NCBI GenBank assembly: GCA_022605425.2
Contig: JAKIMF020000001.1
Coordinates: 2,294,001 to 2,358,000, forward strand
DNA: 64,000 nt
Direction of reading: 5' to 3'
Source of the DNA: Hamiltosporidium tvaerminnensis FI-OER-3-3
Lineage: Eukaryota; Fungi; Microsporidia
Shown: positions 36,877 to 47,655 of the stretch, one piece after another
Layout: each line of letters starts with the position of its first letter
How positions within the stretch are numbered: position 1 is the first letter of the stretch
Notes under the pieces: model-generated
The model's input: only the letters and a program-made list of their open reading frames with translations
Told to the model about the DNA's origin: nothing
Database searches by the model: none
Program-made: the position numbers and the translations under genes

Positions 36877-36939
36877 TAAGAAATTTAATATTAAAGAATT
36901 GAAATTATAAATAAAATTTAAATAAAATATTGTCGTCTT

Positions 36940-37140
36940 GTATTCCAAGTTTAGAAATAAATAAAAATTACAAAAAAGATTCTCTTCACTATTCCAAAGT
37001 TGAGATAAATAATAAATAAAAAAGGTATTTCTCTTCACTATTCCAAGTTTAGAAATAGAAATTACAAAATAAAATCTCTTTAAAATTTCAAGGTAGAGAT
37101 AAATAACAGCACACTATATATTTCTCACTGATACTCCAAT
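36940..37140. repeat. Degenerate ~50-bp tandem repeat between convergent PMS1 and RAD50
   Basis: TCTCTTCACTATTCCAA(A)GTT(T/G)AGA(A/T)A recurring about four times. Confidence 0.75.
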
Positions 37141-37227
37141 TAAATTATATTTCCTTAAATAGAATAAAAACTTACAAATTATTTAAAAAAAAACCAATTT
37201 TTTTATGATAAAAATCCAAATTTCCAA

Positions 37228-37315
37228 TTCAATAATAGAATATCTTTCAATAAACAGAATGTCTTTCAATAATAGAATGTCTTTCAATAAACAGAATGTC
37301 TTTCAATAATAGAAT
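37228..37315 (-). repeat. 18/19-bp alternating tandem repeat spanning the RAD50 stop codon
   Basis: TTCAATAATAGAAT / TTCAATAAACAGAAT units x5. Confidence 0.9.
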
Positions 37316-40300
37316 CACCTTTTGAATTTCTTATCAGTCTATAAAAATATTCACAGCCATCATCTTTACAAATCATTTTAACAAATTCTTCATCGTGTGT
37401 GATAATAACAAATTGAAAATTATTATTTCTTCTTTCTTTAATAATTTGATTGAGTGTAAATGCTAGAGCTTCTATATTTTCTTTATCTAGGTTAGTTGTA
37501 GGTTCATCTAATGCCATAATTCCACAGTGGGAGGCAAATGAGTCTGCAAGTGCTAGTCTTATAAGAATACTGGCTATTACTTTCTGACCTGCACTACATC
37601 TTCCTCGCATGTCTAATTCTATTCCATTTTTTATCATTACAATTTTATAATTATAGGTTTTTGTTCCGATGCTTTCTGATCTGAGTTTTATAAAATCGAT
37701 ATCGTTTCCTTTGTAGGTGTCTTGCCATAAATTTTTTAGTGTTTGGTTTACTTCTGCTATTTTTACAGAATGAAAATCTACAATGGATTTGTCTAAAGCT
37801 TTGATAGATTTTTCTATGTCATTTAATATCAAATCTAATGTTTTACATTCTACGTAACTTTTAAGGTATTTTTTCAGTGTTTCTGGGTATTCTGTGAGTA
37901 GTTCTGTTTTAAACATTTTTAAATTTGAATTTATTTGTTTCAATTCTCCTAAAATATGGTTTTTTTCTGAAATAAAATTATTTTTTAAATTTTGTAATTT
38001 TATTAGCGTTTCTTTACAGGAATTTAATTCTTTAAAATCGAATTCTTTTAATTTTTTGTTCAATAAATTTATTTTTTTTTTATTTTCACGTTTTTCTAAA
38101 ATAATTTTTGCTTTTTTAAAATTATTTTTCTTTCTGTTTAATAAATTATTTAAATTAACTAAATTTGATTTTATTTTCATTAAATTTTCTCTGAAACCTA
38201 CGTCATCTTTTAATATTTTTAAAATGTATGGGTTTTTAGAATCGAAACCATTTTTTTCCATTTCTTCTTCAATTTTAGATAAATTTTCTAAAATAAATTC
38301 AATTTCTTTTTTAATATTTTTATTTCCATCAATAAGTGTTTTGTATTTATAAATACATTCATTGGTTTTTTGTAATTTTTCATTATAAAATTGTTTTTCA
38401 TCTTCAAAAATTTTAATTTTATTTTTTCTTTCACATTCTAATGCATCAATATTGGTATTTTCAATAATTTTTTGTAAAATTGAAATAGAATTCGATAAAA
38501 TATTTTTTTGGTTTTCTAAATTTTCTATTTTGGATTTAAAATTAAATTTTTCTAAATTTTTATTTCTTATTTCTATTTTACGAGAATTTAAATCAAATTT
38601 TTCTTTTATTTGATTATATTCTCTCTGTATTTTTTCAATGGATACTTCAGGTTCTTCATTTTTTAATTCATAAATTATTTCTTCAAATTCATTTTTTAAT
38701 TTTATATTTTTTTCTAAAATTCTTTGTTTAATATCATCTTCACACATTTCTTTTTCCAAAACATTTAAATACAATGGTATTTCACTATGTTTAAATTCCA
38801 TATCATTGTAATTATTACTTTCTTCTTCCTTGAGAAATGAACTGTCTACTTCTTCAATAGAATCATCTTCTTCTAAATTATTTATCATTTTTTCATAAAT
38901 TTTATTTAATTTTTTGTAAATTTCAAGTTTTTGATTTTTTTCTTTTTTTATTTCATTTTTAATTTCTAATTTATTTTTTTTATTCATCAATTCTTCTCTT
39001 TTCAATTCATTTTCATTTTTTGTTTCAGGAATTTTTGTAATTACGATTTCTAATCTTTTATAAAATTCATTTTTTTCTGGAACAGACATCGATTTCTTAC
39101 ATAAAGGACACTCACTTTTTTTATATCCAAGTTTTTGAAAGTTTTTATAAATCAAATGTGCATTTTCAGTGGCGGCCAAGGCATTGTTGCACTCTTCTAA
39201 GTTTTTACTTAAATCTTGAATTTCTTCTATCGATTCTACATCAAAACAATCTTTTTTATTTTCTAATTTAATATTTAATTGGTTTATTTCATATTTTATT
39301 GACAATAACTGTTCATTTATATTTTTTATTTTCTCTGATCGTTGCTTTTCTCTAATATTCCATCTTTCTTGTTCTTTTAATAAAAAATTCAATTTATTTT
39401 TATTATTTTTTATTTTCTCATTTAATTCTACCAATTCCTTTGAATATTCACAATTAATATCAACATTTCTTTCAATTTCTAATTTTTTTTTATTCAAATT
39501 TTTATAATAAAAACTTTTTTCAAGATTTTTTAAAGCTTCATTTAAAATTATTTGCTTTTCTTCCAATTCCTTAGCAATAATTTTTTGTTCCTCAAAAAGT
39601 GAACAGTCATTTTCATCAAAAGTTTCTGAAACAATTAAAAACTGTGAAAATATTTCTTTAAAATATTTCAGTTTTGCTTCTTTTTCTTCAAACCTTTGTT
39701 CAATATTTTTTTCTTCAAACTCTTGTCCAATATTTTTTTCTTCAAACCTTTGTTCAATATTTTTATTTTCAAACTTTTGTTCAATATTTTTTTCTTCAAA
39801 CTCTTGTCCAATATTTTTTTCTTCAAACTTTTTTCCAATATTTTTATTTTCTAAACGATTAGATACACCAGAATCTCTATTATATTTACTTTTTACATTT
39901 TTATATTCATTAAATAATTCTTCAAATATTTCATTTAATTTATCTTGCATTGTATTTAATTTATTTTTATTATAAATCAATTCATTGTTCTTTTCATTAA
40001 AAAAATTATCCATTTTTTTAATTTCCTCTTTAAATTTTTCTTCCTTTTTTAGAAATTCTTCTTTATTTTTAATTAAGGAATTATTTGAATATAAAAGTAT
40101 TTTTTCATAAAGTTTATTACAAATATTTATAAACATTAGAATATCTGTGTTTGTATTTATACAGTGTTTTTCACGAGTATTACTATCAACTTTATAATTA
40201 TTATTATCAACTTTATAATTATTATTACTATTATCCACTCTATCCACTCTATTAATTCTATTTTCTCTGTCGTTTTCTGATAAAATTTTGTTGTATAAAT

Positions 40301-41531
40301 TATAAAATTCTTTTAAAATTTCTTGTTTATTCAATATTTTACAAATAAAATCGTCATTTTTAATTTCAATAATTACAGAATTAATTTTTTCATAAAATAT
40401 TTTATAAAAATTATCTTTGTTATTCAAATATTTAGATTTTTCAGATTCCAAATTTTTAAGTTTTTCAATTTTCATTTCAATTTTACTTTTCATTTCAATA
40501 ATTTTTTCATATTCAATATTATGTTGCTGCTCTTCATTTTTACATTCAAAAATTTTATTTTCAATTTTTTTAATTTCATTTTCATCTAAAAATACCTTCA
40601 ACTCGGATTCTGTAATACATTCATTCTCCAAAGAAATATCACTTTCTATACTTTTAAATTCTAAATTTAAATTATTTTCATACATCTGTAACGATTTTAC
40701 TTCATTTTCAATTTCTAAAATATTTTTTTCCATTTTTTTATATTTTTCTAATTCTTGCTCCTTCATCGATATATTAACAATTAACTCTTTTTCTTTTTCT
40801 TCTATTATTTCTACTTTTCCCATCAACGTATTTCTATACGTCTCAGTACTTTCTATTTTACTTTCAAGATTTTCTTTTTTTATTTTCATACTATAATTAA
40901 ATTCTAATTGCTGTTTTTTTAATTTTAATTCGACCAATGAATTTTTTTTACAACTTTTTAAAGATTCAATTGCTTTTGTATATTTCGTTGAACAAAAAAT
41001 ATTATCAAGTTTTTTTTTAAGATTTATTGGTTCAGACAAAGGCCACGTATTTTCTTCTTGGTGACAAAAAATTACACTTTCAAGTATATAAGAAGGAACA
41101 CCTAAATGAAAAGATATTTCACGATCCATATCAACACACTTACTAGAAATACTTATACATTCTCCATTTTCAGTTTTTAATAATAAAACATTTTCTATAT
41201 TTTTTTGCTCGACTTTACTTTTTTTCTGTGTCAGTAATAACGATCTCGTTGCTACAATTGTTTGTTTATGCAGATTTAAAAATTTTAATTTTATTTGTGC
41301 TTTCACGTCTACTTCGTGGGCAAGTTTGGGATCGTAAATAAATGCACCGTTTCTACCGTTTGGTGGTAATTCACCTGTACACACATATTTTAAACATTCT
41401 ATTATTGTTGTCTTACCACTGCCATTTGGTCCTGCAATAAGAGTAAGAGGAGAATAGAATTGTATGTAGTTTGCTGTGTTCGGATGAAAAGAACGAATTC
41501 CTCGAATCATTAGTTTTTGTATTGAAGACAT
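37284..41531 (-). CDS. RAD50: DNA repair protein Rad50
   Basis: Walker A GPNGSGKTT, FCHQEE, zinc hook CPLC, MRGRCSAGQK, LDEPTTNLD, IITHD and a long coiled coil. CCC precedes the ATG. Confidence 0.97.
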   Translation of the reverse strand: MSSIQKLMIRGIRSFHPNTANYIQFYSPLTLIAGPNGSGKTTIIECLKYVCTGELPPNGRNGAFIYDPKLAHEVDVKAQIKLKFLNLHKQTIVATRSLLLTQKKSKVEQKNIENVLLLKTENGECISISSKCVDMDREISFHLGVPSYILESVIFCHQEENTWPLSEPINLKKKLDNIFCSTKYTKAIESLKSCKKNSLVELKLKKQQLEFNYSMKIKKENLESKIESTETYRNTLMGKVEIIEEKEKELIVNISMKEQELEKYKKMEKNILEIENEVKSLQMYENNLNLEFKSIESDISLENECITESELKVFLDENEIKKIENKIFECKNEEQQHNIEYEKIIEMKSKIEMKIEKLKNLESEKSKYLNNKDNFYKIFYEKINSVIIEIKNDDFICKILNKQEILKEFYNLYNKILSENDRENRINRVDRVDNSNNNYKVDNNNYKVDSNTREKHCINTNTDILMFINICNKLYEKILLYSNNSLIKNKEEFLKKEEKFKEEIKKMDNFFNEKNNELIYNKNKLNTMQDKLNEIFEELFNEYKNVKSKYNRDSGVSNRLENKNIGKKFEEKNIGQEFEEKNIEQKFENKNIEQRFEEKNIGQEFEEKNIEQRFEEKEAKLKYFKEIFSQFLIVSETFDENDCSLFEEQKIIAKELEEKQIILNEALKNLEKSFYYKNLNKKKLEIERNVDINCEYSKELVELNEKIKNNKNKLNFLLKEQERWNIREKQRSEKIKNINEQLLSIKYEINQLNIKLENKKDCFDVESIEEIQDLSKNLEECNNALAATENAHLIYKNFQKLGYKKSECPLCKKSMSVPEKNEFYKRLEIVITKIPETKNENELKREELMNKKNKLEIKNEIKKEKNQKLEIYKKLNKIYEKMINNLEEDDSIEEVDSSFLKEEESNNYNDMEFKHSEIPLYLNVLEKEMCEDDIKQRILEKNIKLKNEFEEIIYELKNEEPEVSIEKIQREYNQIKEKFDLNSRKIEIRNKNLEKFNFKSKIENLENQKNILSNSISILQKIIENTNIDALECERKNKIKIFEDEKQFYNEKLQKTNECIYKYKTLIDGNKNIKKEIEFILENLSKIEEEMEKNGFDSKNPYILKILKDDVGFRENLMKIKSNLVNLNNLLNRKKNNFKKAKIILEKRENKKKINLLNKKLKEFDFKELNSCKETLIKLQNLKNNFISEKNHILGELKQINSNLKMFKTELLTEYPETLKKYLKSYVECKTLDLILNDIEKSIKALDKSIVDFHSVKIAEVNQTLKNLWQDTYKGNDIDFIKLRSESIGTKTYNYKIVMIKNGIELDMRGRCSAGQKVIASILIRLALADSFASHCGIMALDEPTTNLDKENIEALAFTLNQIIKERRNNNFQFVIITHDEEFVKMICKDDGCEYFYRLIRNSKGDSIIERHSVY
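39681..39850 (-). repeat. In-frame 30-bp minisatellite (FEEKNIEQR/GQE) in RAD50 coiled coil
   Basis: CAATATTTTTTTCTTCAAAC-containing units, about five to six copies. Confidence 0.9.
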
Positions 41532-41694
41532 GGGTATTGAATTTGTATTGTATTTATATTCGAGGTAATTGGAATTTTAATTGAGAAAATGTCATTTCTT
41601 TTTCTTTAGATCGAAATTTATATAATTTGGTATTTTAAAATCGCGAGTCTGTAAATTGCTGGTTATTAAAAATATTGATTTTAAATTTTAAATT

Positions 41695-42130
41695 ATTTAT
41701 TATTTCCAAATCCATAAATAGGATAAAAAAATCAAAATTTAAAAAAATACAAAAATTTTAAGGAAATTTATTATTTCCAAATCCATAAATAGGATAAAAA
41801 AATCAAAATTTACAAAAATACTTTCTAAATTCAAGTTTAGTATTTCTAGATTAAAGAACAACTTAGTTTTATTTTATAAATATAGAAAAGAATTAAAGAA
41901 TAAAAATTTAATAAAAAAAACAAATAATTTAAAAATAATAACTTATCAAAGTAAATATTAAACTTATCAAAGTAAAATCAGGAAAATAAATTTAATAAAA
42001 AAACAAATAATTTAAAAATAATAACTTATCAAACTAAATATAAGAGAATGAAAGTAAAATTGACGAATAAAATTTTAATAAACAAACAAATAATTTATTA
42101 ACGATATAACTTATCAAAGTAATAAAAATA
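41695..42130. repeat. Tandem duplications in the divergent RAD50-IWS1 promoter region
   Basis: TTTATTATTTCCAAATCCATAAATAGGATAAAAAAATCAAAATTT occurs twice (~71-bp period). AAACAAATAATTTAAAAATAATAACTTATCAAA-like units occur about three times. Confidence 0.85.
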
Positions 42131-42216
42131 AAGTAACAAATAATTTATTACTTCTTCTCCTTTATTAAGGAAGAAGTTTTTTTATAAAAAAAATAAAATT
42201 TTTATTTTTTGAATAT

Positions 42217-42222
42217 CCCATG
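42217..42222 (+). promoter_or_regulatory. Microsporidian CCC-like motif next to start codon (representative site)
   Basis: CCC lies within ~12 nt of the ATG for HMG1, POL31, the 322-aa gene, RAD50, IWS1, RPL23A, SRP101, BUB3 and TAPT1. This is a known microsporidian transcription-start signal. Confidence 0.75.
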
Positions 42223-43356
42223 CATGACCAAATAAAGGAGGAAATAGAAAAATCAGAAGAAAATTCAAATATTTGTAAAAAAAATAAAAAAGAAAAATCT
42301 TTTGATATATCTTCTGATGAAATGGACAGTCTTGAGAAATTAAAGAAAGATATGGAAGTTATAGGTAATAAAAATAATATTAATTCTACTTCTAATGATG
42401 AGGAGTCTAATAAAGAGTATTGTGAGGAGTCTAATAAGGAGTATTGTGAGGAATTTAATGAAGAGTCTAATAAGGAGTATTGTGAGGAGTCTAATAAAGA
42501 GTATTGTGAGGAATTTAATAAAGAGTCTAATAAAGAGTATAGTGATTGTAAAATAGAAAACAATAATGAATTTAAGGATATTTCATTTGACAAACAAACA
42601 ATAGAAAATACCGATGAAATATTTGATGAAAGCAAAATAAAAAACAATTTTAGTAAAATTAGAGAAACTAAAATAGATTCTATTGAGACAGAAAATAAAA
42701 AAGAAGAAATATTTTCTTCGTTAGAAAATATAAAAAACAATCAAATTCAAACGGAAATTTCTTTTTTTAAAAAAAGTGAAACAAAAAAAACAAAAAATAA
42801 ATCAAAATTAAATATAAACAAAGAAATGTTAGATAATCAGACAGAAACAACTATTAAAGAAAAAAGAATTAAAAAAAGAATTGAAAGTGAAAAAGAAGAT
42901 AAAATATTTAAAAAAACTAAAAAAAATGAAATATCAGAAGAAGAAATAAATAATTTTGTAAATAAATTTAAGAAAGAAATGTTGAATGCGGTAAATAAAG
43001 ATAATCAGTCTAATAAAGAAAAAAAACCATCTTTTGAAAAAGTAAATATGGTTGATTCTGTGAGTAAAGCACTTTTAAATAAAAAATATCAAACAAGTTT
43101 TCTTGATAGTGATGTTTTAAGTGTAATTAGAATGTGGCTTGAACCTTTACCAGATAAAACATTACCAGGTTATAAAATTAAAAGTACTTTGTTAGAACTT
43201 CTATTGGTCGTACCTGTAAAGAAATATCATTTAATTGAAAGCAAAGTTGGAAGAATTGTATTTTTTTATTCTAAAAATGAACGTGAAAATAAAGAAATTA
43301 AAAGAATGGCTAAAAAACTTGTATATTTATGGACACAGGTTGCTTTAAAAGATTAA
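42220..43356 (+). CDS. IWS1: Transcription elongation factor IWS1/SPN1
   Basis: FLDSDVLSVIRMWLEPLPDKTLP, SKVGRIVFFYSK and AKKLVYLW (TFIIS-N/IWS1 domain). CCC precedes the ATG. Confidence 0.92.
   Translation: MHDQIKEEIEKSEENSNICKKNKKEKSFDISSDEMDSLEKLKKDMEVIGNKNNINSTSNDEESNKEYCEESNKEYCEEFNEESNKEYCEESNKEYCEEFNKESNKEYSDCKIENNNEFKDISFDKQTIENTDEIFDESKIKNNFSKIRETKIDSIETENKKEEIFSSLENIKNNQIQTEISFFKKSETKKTKNKSKLNINKEMLDNQTETTIKEKRIKKRIESEKEDKIFKKTKKNEISEEEINNFVNKFKKEMLNAVNKDNQSNKEKKPSFEKVNMVDSVSKALLNKKYQTSFLDSDVLSVIRMWLEPLPDKTLPGYKIKSTLLELLLVVPVKKYHLIESKVGRIVFFYSKNERENKEIKRMAKKLVYLWTQVALKD
42398..42540 (+). repeat. In-frame 24/36-bp minisatellite (EESNKEYC) in IWS1
   Basis: GAGGAGTCTAATAA(A/G)GAGTATTGT repeats. 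Confidence 0.9.
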
Positions 43357-43476
43357 TCGAAAGGAAATTAAAAGAATGGTTTTTCATGAGTCACAGTTTG
43401 GTTTTAGAAGATTTGACTCAATAAAAAATTTTTATTTCTGGCAAATTTTATTTAATAAAATATTTTGATAAACAAA

Positions 43477-45497
43477 TTTATTTAATAAAATTCTGGGTAA
43501 AATATTTTTACCATTTTTATATGTTTTCTTCTACCTTTTTAACCACTTTTGTCTCTTCTTCCAAATCCAACTCTTCGTTAATATTTATGGTAAGTTACTC
43601 TATTGTAGTTCCTCCTTGTGAAATAAGGGATGTATTATTTTTCGGTTTAAAATTTTTTGCACCATCTTCCTCTCTCTTCTCTTCTTTTAAAGGTGGTGTT
43701 GGTTCCTCATGCATCTCTGCTCTCATAATAACACCCATTGACGCTCTCTCCCAGCTCTCTTCGGCATTTAGTCCTGACTCAAGTCCTCTTCGTCGATCAA
43801 AGGAAATAGTTTCGACTGTCTTTTTAAGTACTATAGACTGAATGTATGCCTCTACATTCATGAGTATTTCTAGTCTTTTAAGATGAGATTTATGGTATTT
43901 TGTCACAATACCGTCCCAGGTAATCACATAAGGAATTATCTCAACACTACACTTATAAATAAGGCCCAACTCATTGGCTAGCAGGTCATACTTCCTAAGT
44001 TTTTCAGTTTCAACGATTTGAAGTGAATCTTGGGAAGTGATTCCTACTTCAATGAGTGTTATCTTATTCTTTTTCTTATCTAAAATAAATATGTCCGGTC
44101 TGTTATTCCGAATTTTAACATCAGTTTTAATTCTGGTGTCCACTCTTATCTCTGCATACTCATTATCAAGAATTTCTTGAACTGAGTGGCTCTTTATTCG
44201 TTTTGAAGACTTAAACTTATATCTATTTAGAAGGAGAAGGTGTAGGCATCTAACCACTTCATTATGCCGTCTAGTGTAATCATGGCCTAGCATTTTTTCA
44301 CATCTAGTTGCTAGATGATCCACAGTCTTACCAGACTTCCCGCAATGTTGACACACACCATCTGCTCCCCAGAATACATTTCTATCCTGGATATAGCAGA
44401 ACACAGCTTCATTTCGTGGCCTAATATTTCCTCTCTTTAGCCATCTTGAAGAGTCACTAACACTTAAAAGCTCATTTTTTCTTGCATTATATAACTTTGA
44501 ATGTAGTTTTCGTTTTTCTATTTCGTTATATAGTTTTGCAAGTTGAGCTTCTTCTAAACTTTTCTTAGTGACTTCTTCTACCAACCTGTACTTTACTTTT
44601 AAGAAGCCTTTTATTAGTGCAAGATGGGTTTTATTATTATTCTCCACCTTGAGGATTGCTGCTCGTCTAGTTGATATTTCTTTACTTTTTTCCAGACAAT
44701 CCAAGAGTTGCAGAAGCATATGTTCGCTTCGTAACTCATCACTATGTAGGCCTCTTCCAAGTTCTGTTCTAGGAAGGTATAAACGCTCTTTACATCCTGG
44801 GCGGAGATGTATCTTATTCTTCACCAACACCGCACGCACTGCCTCATCTAACTTAGAGAAGTCAGCCGGTTCAAGTCGAAGTACTCCTATGTGGTAGTTG
44901 ATTAACGATATCGCATTTTGATCGATTGCAGAAAATAAATTTTTTGCATTTAATCTAGCTTGACAAAGTCTTTCAACTCTTGATACAAGTCTGCTTTGTA
45001 CTTCTTCAAATGAGCTAAGTGTTGGAATTCCTCTGCTATCTTCTAATATTCCTAAATATTTGTAAACACTAACACCTTCTAGAAAAGTAGCAGTATCTTC
45101 ACAACACGTATCATTTGTGGCTGACTTATCTTTGTTAATATCTAAGCCAATCACCTCTAAAAATTCCTTTGCCTCGCCTGTCATAGCACTCAATGTGGAG
45201 CTGTCTTTTGCAAGGAGCTTGAGATCATCAATAAACAAGAGATGATTAGTAGTATGGGATTCTGCATCTGTTTGTACCGTCACTTTTGTGTATTTTTCAT
45301 TAAGCTTTCGGCTCAATGGATCCATACACAACACAAATAACAAAGGTGACAGACTATCTCCTTGTAGAATCCCTCTATCAATCTTCTTGCTCATGATTTT
45401 TTCAGGCCCTTCTGATACATCAATTTTCCATTTTGATATAATCACCTTAATAAATTTCAGGATCTAATCAGGTAAATTAAGGTTTTCAATACATTGA
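43477..45497 (-). mobile_element. Young 5'-truncated R4-like copy with stop codons
   Basis: Highly similar to about 19905-21937. 10-bp TSD GATAAACAAA at 43467-43476 and 45498-45507. In-frame TAG near 45465 and a premature stop at 43595. Confidence 0.88.
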
Positions 45498-47185
45498 GAT
45501 AAACAAACATAATTATTGAATCATAAGCCTTTTTGGCATCAATTCAAGTAGCCTTAAGATTGTTTCTCTACATATATAAGATAAAAGTTCACCACATTTG
45601 CTCTTCTCCAATGCTTGTTTCATTGCATCTGCCGTATTATCTTGAGGAGCCTTAGTATTTGCATAAAAAGCTGAAGTCTTTTGAATCTATTTTTTAAGTG
45701 TGCAAGTTTCTATGATGATATTAAGCTTGTATTCAGAATCTCTCTTTGCTGTACCCTTAAGTGTCACAAATCGTGACTCATAATAAAATTGGTCTTCTTG
45801 CCTCTCTTTTTCTAACCTCCTGACTATTACATATATTGAGAAATTTATGAAGTTATTAGTTTCTCGATGAAGAGCTTGTAGATATCATCGGTTTCAGAAT
45901 TTGTCGAAGTAGAAAAAAAGTTAGTTAATCATCCTACGAAAAATCATCAGGTAAGTACTCACATTGGAGGATTTTCTGATACAAATGGAATCAAAAGATT
46001 TTCATATGTGACTGTAATATTATCATATCTATTCAATGCAGACTATAAACTGCTGGTTTAATTTTGGAATTCATTTACTTGGGTTAATACGCAGAGATAA
46101 ACTAAACAGGATTTTGTTTGAAACATAAACAAAGGATTCTCTTTTAGAAACCGCGGCATATTTTCTACACAGTTTGTATTATTAAGTAGACATTACAAGA
46201 CTTATTCTTCTTAATCGAAGATTAGAAATATTTTTGCGTCTTTGGCAAATTTTAACTCTCAAATAGTTTTTTTCTGTTTAAGTTTCTTACACCCAAAATT
46301 TTTTTGCCCGAGAACTTTACGGAAATATCTTGGTATGTACTAGCATTCAATTTAACATTATATTTTTCTCGGGAATCGTTTATTTTTCTTTTGTGTTGCC
46401 TTGCATATTGTGCCTGCGTCAACCGAAGTATTCGTACTATAAAAGTCTCCGTCATCGGCACACGAGCCTCTGTAAATTCGCGTAAAATTCGTTAATGAAT
46501 CATAGACTTTTTTTCTAACAATTTACCTAGAAGCTTTCGAGCTTTCACCACACATTCCCTATAATTTCTTCTATCGAGCCAATTTTTCGATTTCATACAA
46601 GATATTTTCTCTTGATGTGTCATACGGTGTTGTTTTAGCCGGTAAACATAGTTCGCTAAGTCATGTGACATTTTTACGTTCTGCTCCGTTTTTTCGTTTA
46701 TTTTTTTAGAACAACGATTTCTATACTACAGCCAAATTTCTTCATTGTAGCATCCTAAAATTGCAACCGGCAATTTCTAGATTTTCCTTCAAATCTTTTT
46801 GCATTTTTAGAAGACCAGATTTAAACCATTTCTGCTCTATGACTGCAAAAGACTTAATTATTGCATTTAATACCACCAATCGTTTCCTTCTGCTATGGCA
46901 GCAATACGGGATTCGTCTTAGTGTTCAGCGATCTACACACAGAGACATCGGGGAAGAATACGAAAAATCTGTAAATGAAAAATAACTGAACTAGTCTGAA
47001 AATCTTTGCTTAGGTGCATTAGCCATGTTATGGATTCCCGATTTAGGTAAAGTCCCGCGAATATTATTACTACAGCCGAATCACACCATTTTTTAATTTT
47101 TAACAATTTTCCGAGTAGATGGTAGCCTTTGTCTTTTATTTTTTCGAATACCAGTGTCAACTTTTTTTCTCCCTGTCTCAATTAT
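45498..47185 (-). pseudogene. Old, decayed 5' half of an R4-like element
   Basis: Continues collinearly with the full element but is much more diverged (ATTGAATCATAAGC, TCTGATACAAATGGAATCAAA, GCATATTGTGCCTGCG, TTTAAACCATTTC..GACTGCAAAA). A GRKK-like start lies near 47170. Confidence 0.7.
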
Positions 47186-47283
47186 AATTTATTTATAAAT
47201 TCACAATATTAAGTTTCCCATTTCTTCCTTTTTTTTATTTCCATTGAATGAATATTATAAAATAAAATTTCAACCCCATTAAC

Positions 47284-47655
47284 ATGTCAAAGAATGTTTT
47301 AAAGAATGAAATTTTTGATACTTCAAAGAAGATTTACACAAAAAAAAACAATAAAAAGTTTTACAAACGTGTTGTACCACGAAGTGTTGACGCGCCAGCC
47401 AGTGAAATAATAAGATACGGTTTAAATAACGAGAATGCTGCTAAATCAATGGAGAAAAACAATACAATGATATTTATATGTGATAATCGAGCAACTAAAC
47501 CACAGATTAAAAAAGCAGTTGAAGAATTATATGGAACCTCAGTTTCCAAAGTAAGAACGCTTAATACAATACAAGGTGCAAAGAAGGCGTATGTTCGAAT
47601 GGTAGAGCCAGGCGAAGCTCTTAGAGTGGCTAGTAAAGCAGGTATAATGGAGTAA
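47284..47655 (+). CDS. RPL23A: 60S ribosomal protein uL23 (L23a/L25)
   Basis: IIRYGLNNENAAKSMEKNNTMIFICD.RATKPQIKKAV..LY..KVRTL...KKAYVRM. CCCC lies upstream of the ATG. Confidence 0.93.
   Translation: MSKNVLKNEIFDTSKKIYTKKNNKKFYKRVVPRSVDAPASEIIRYGLNNENAAKSMEKNNTMIFICDNRATKPQIKKAVEELYGTSVSKVRTLNTIQGAKKAYVRMVEPGEALRVASKAGIME

Noticed and set aside
36940-37315. Short periodic repeats as a CRISPR-like array
   Set aside because: Eukaryotic context, no unique spacers and no cas genes; these are simple tandem repeats.
34738-42740. Antisense F/S/L-rich ORFs over PMS1, RAD50 and IWS1
   Set aside because: Reverse-frame artefacts of K/E/N-rich, minisatellite-containing genes.
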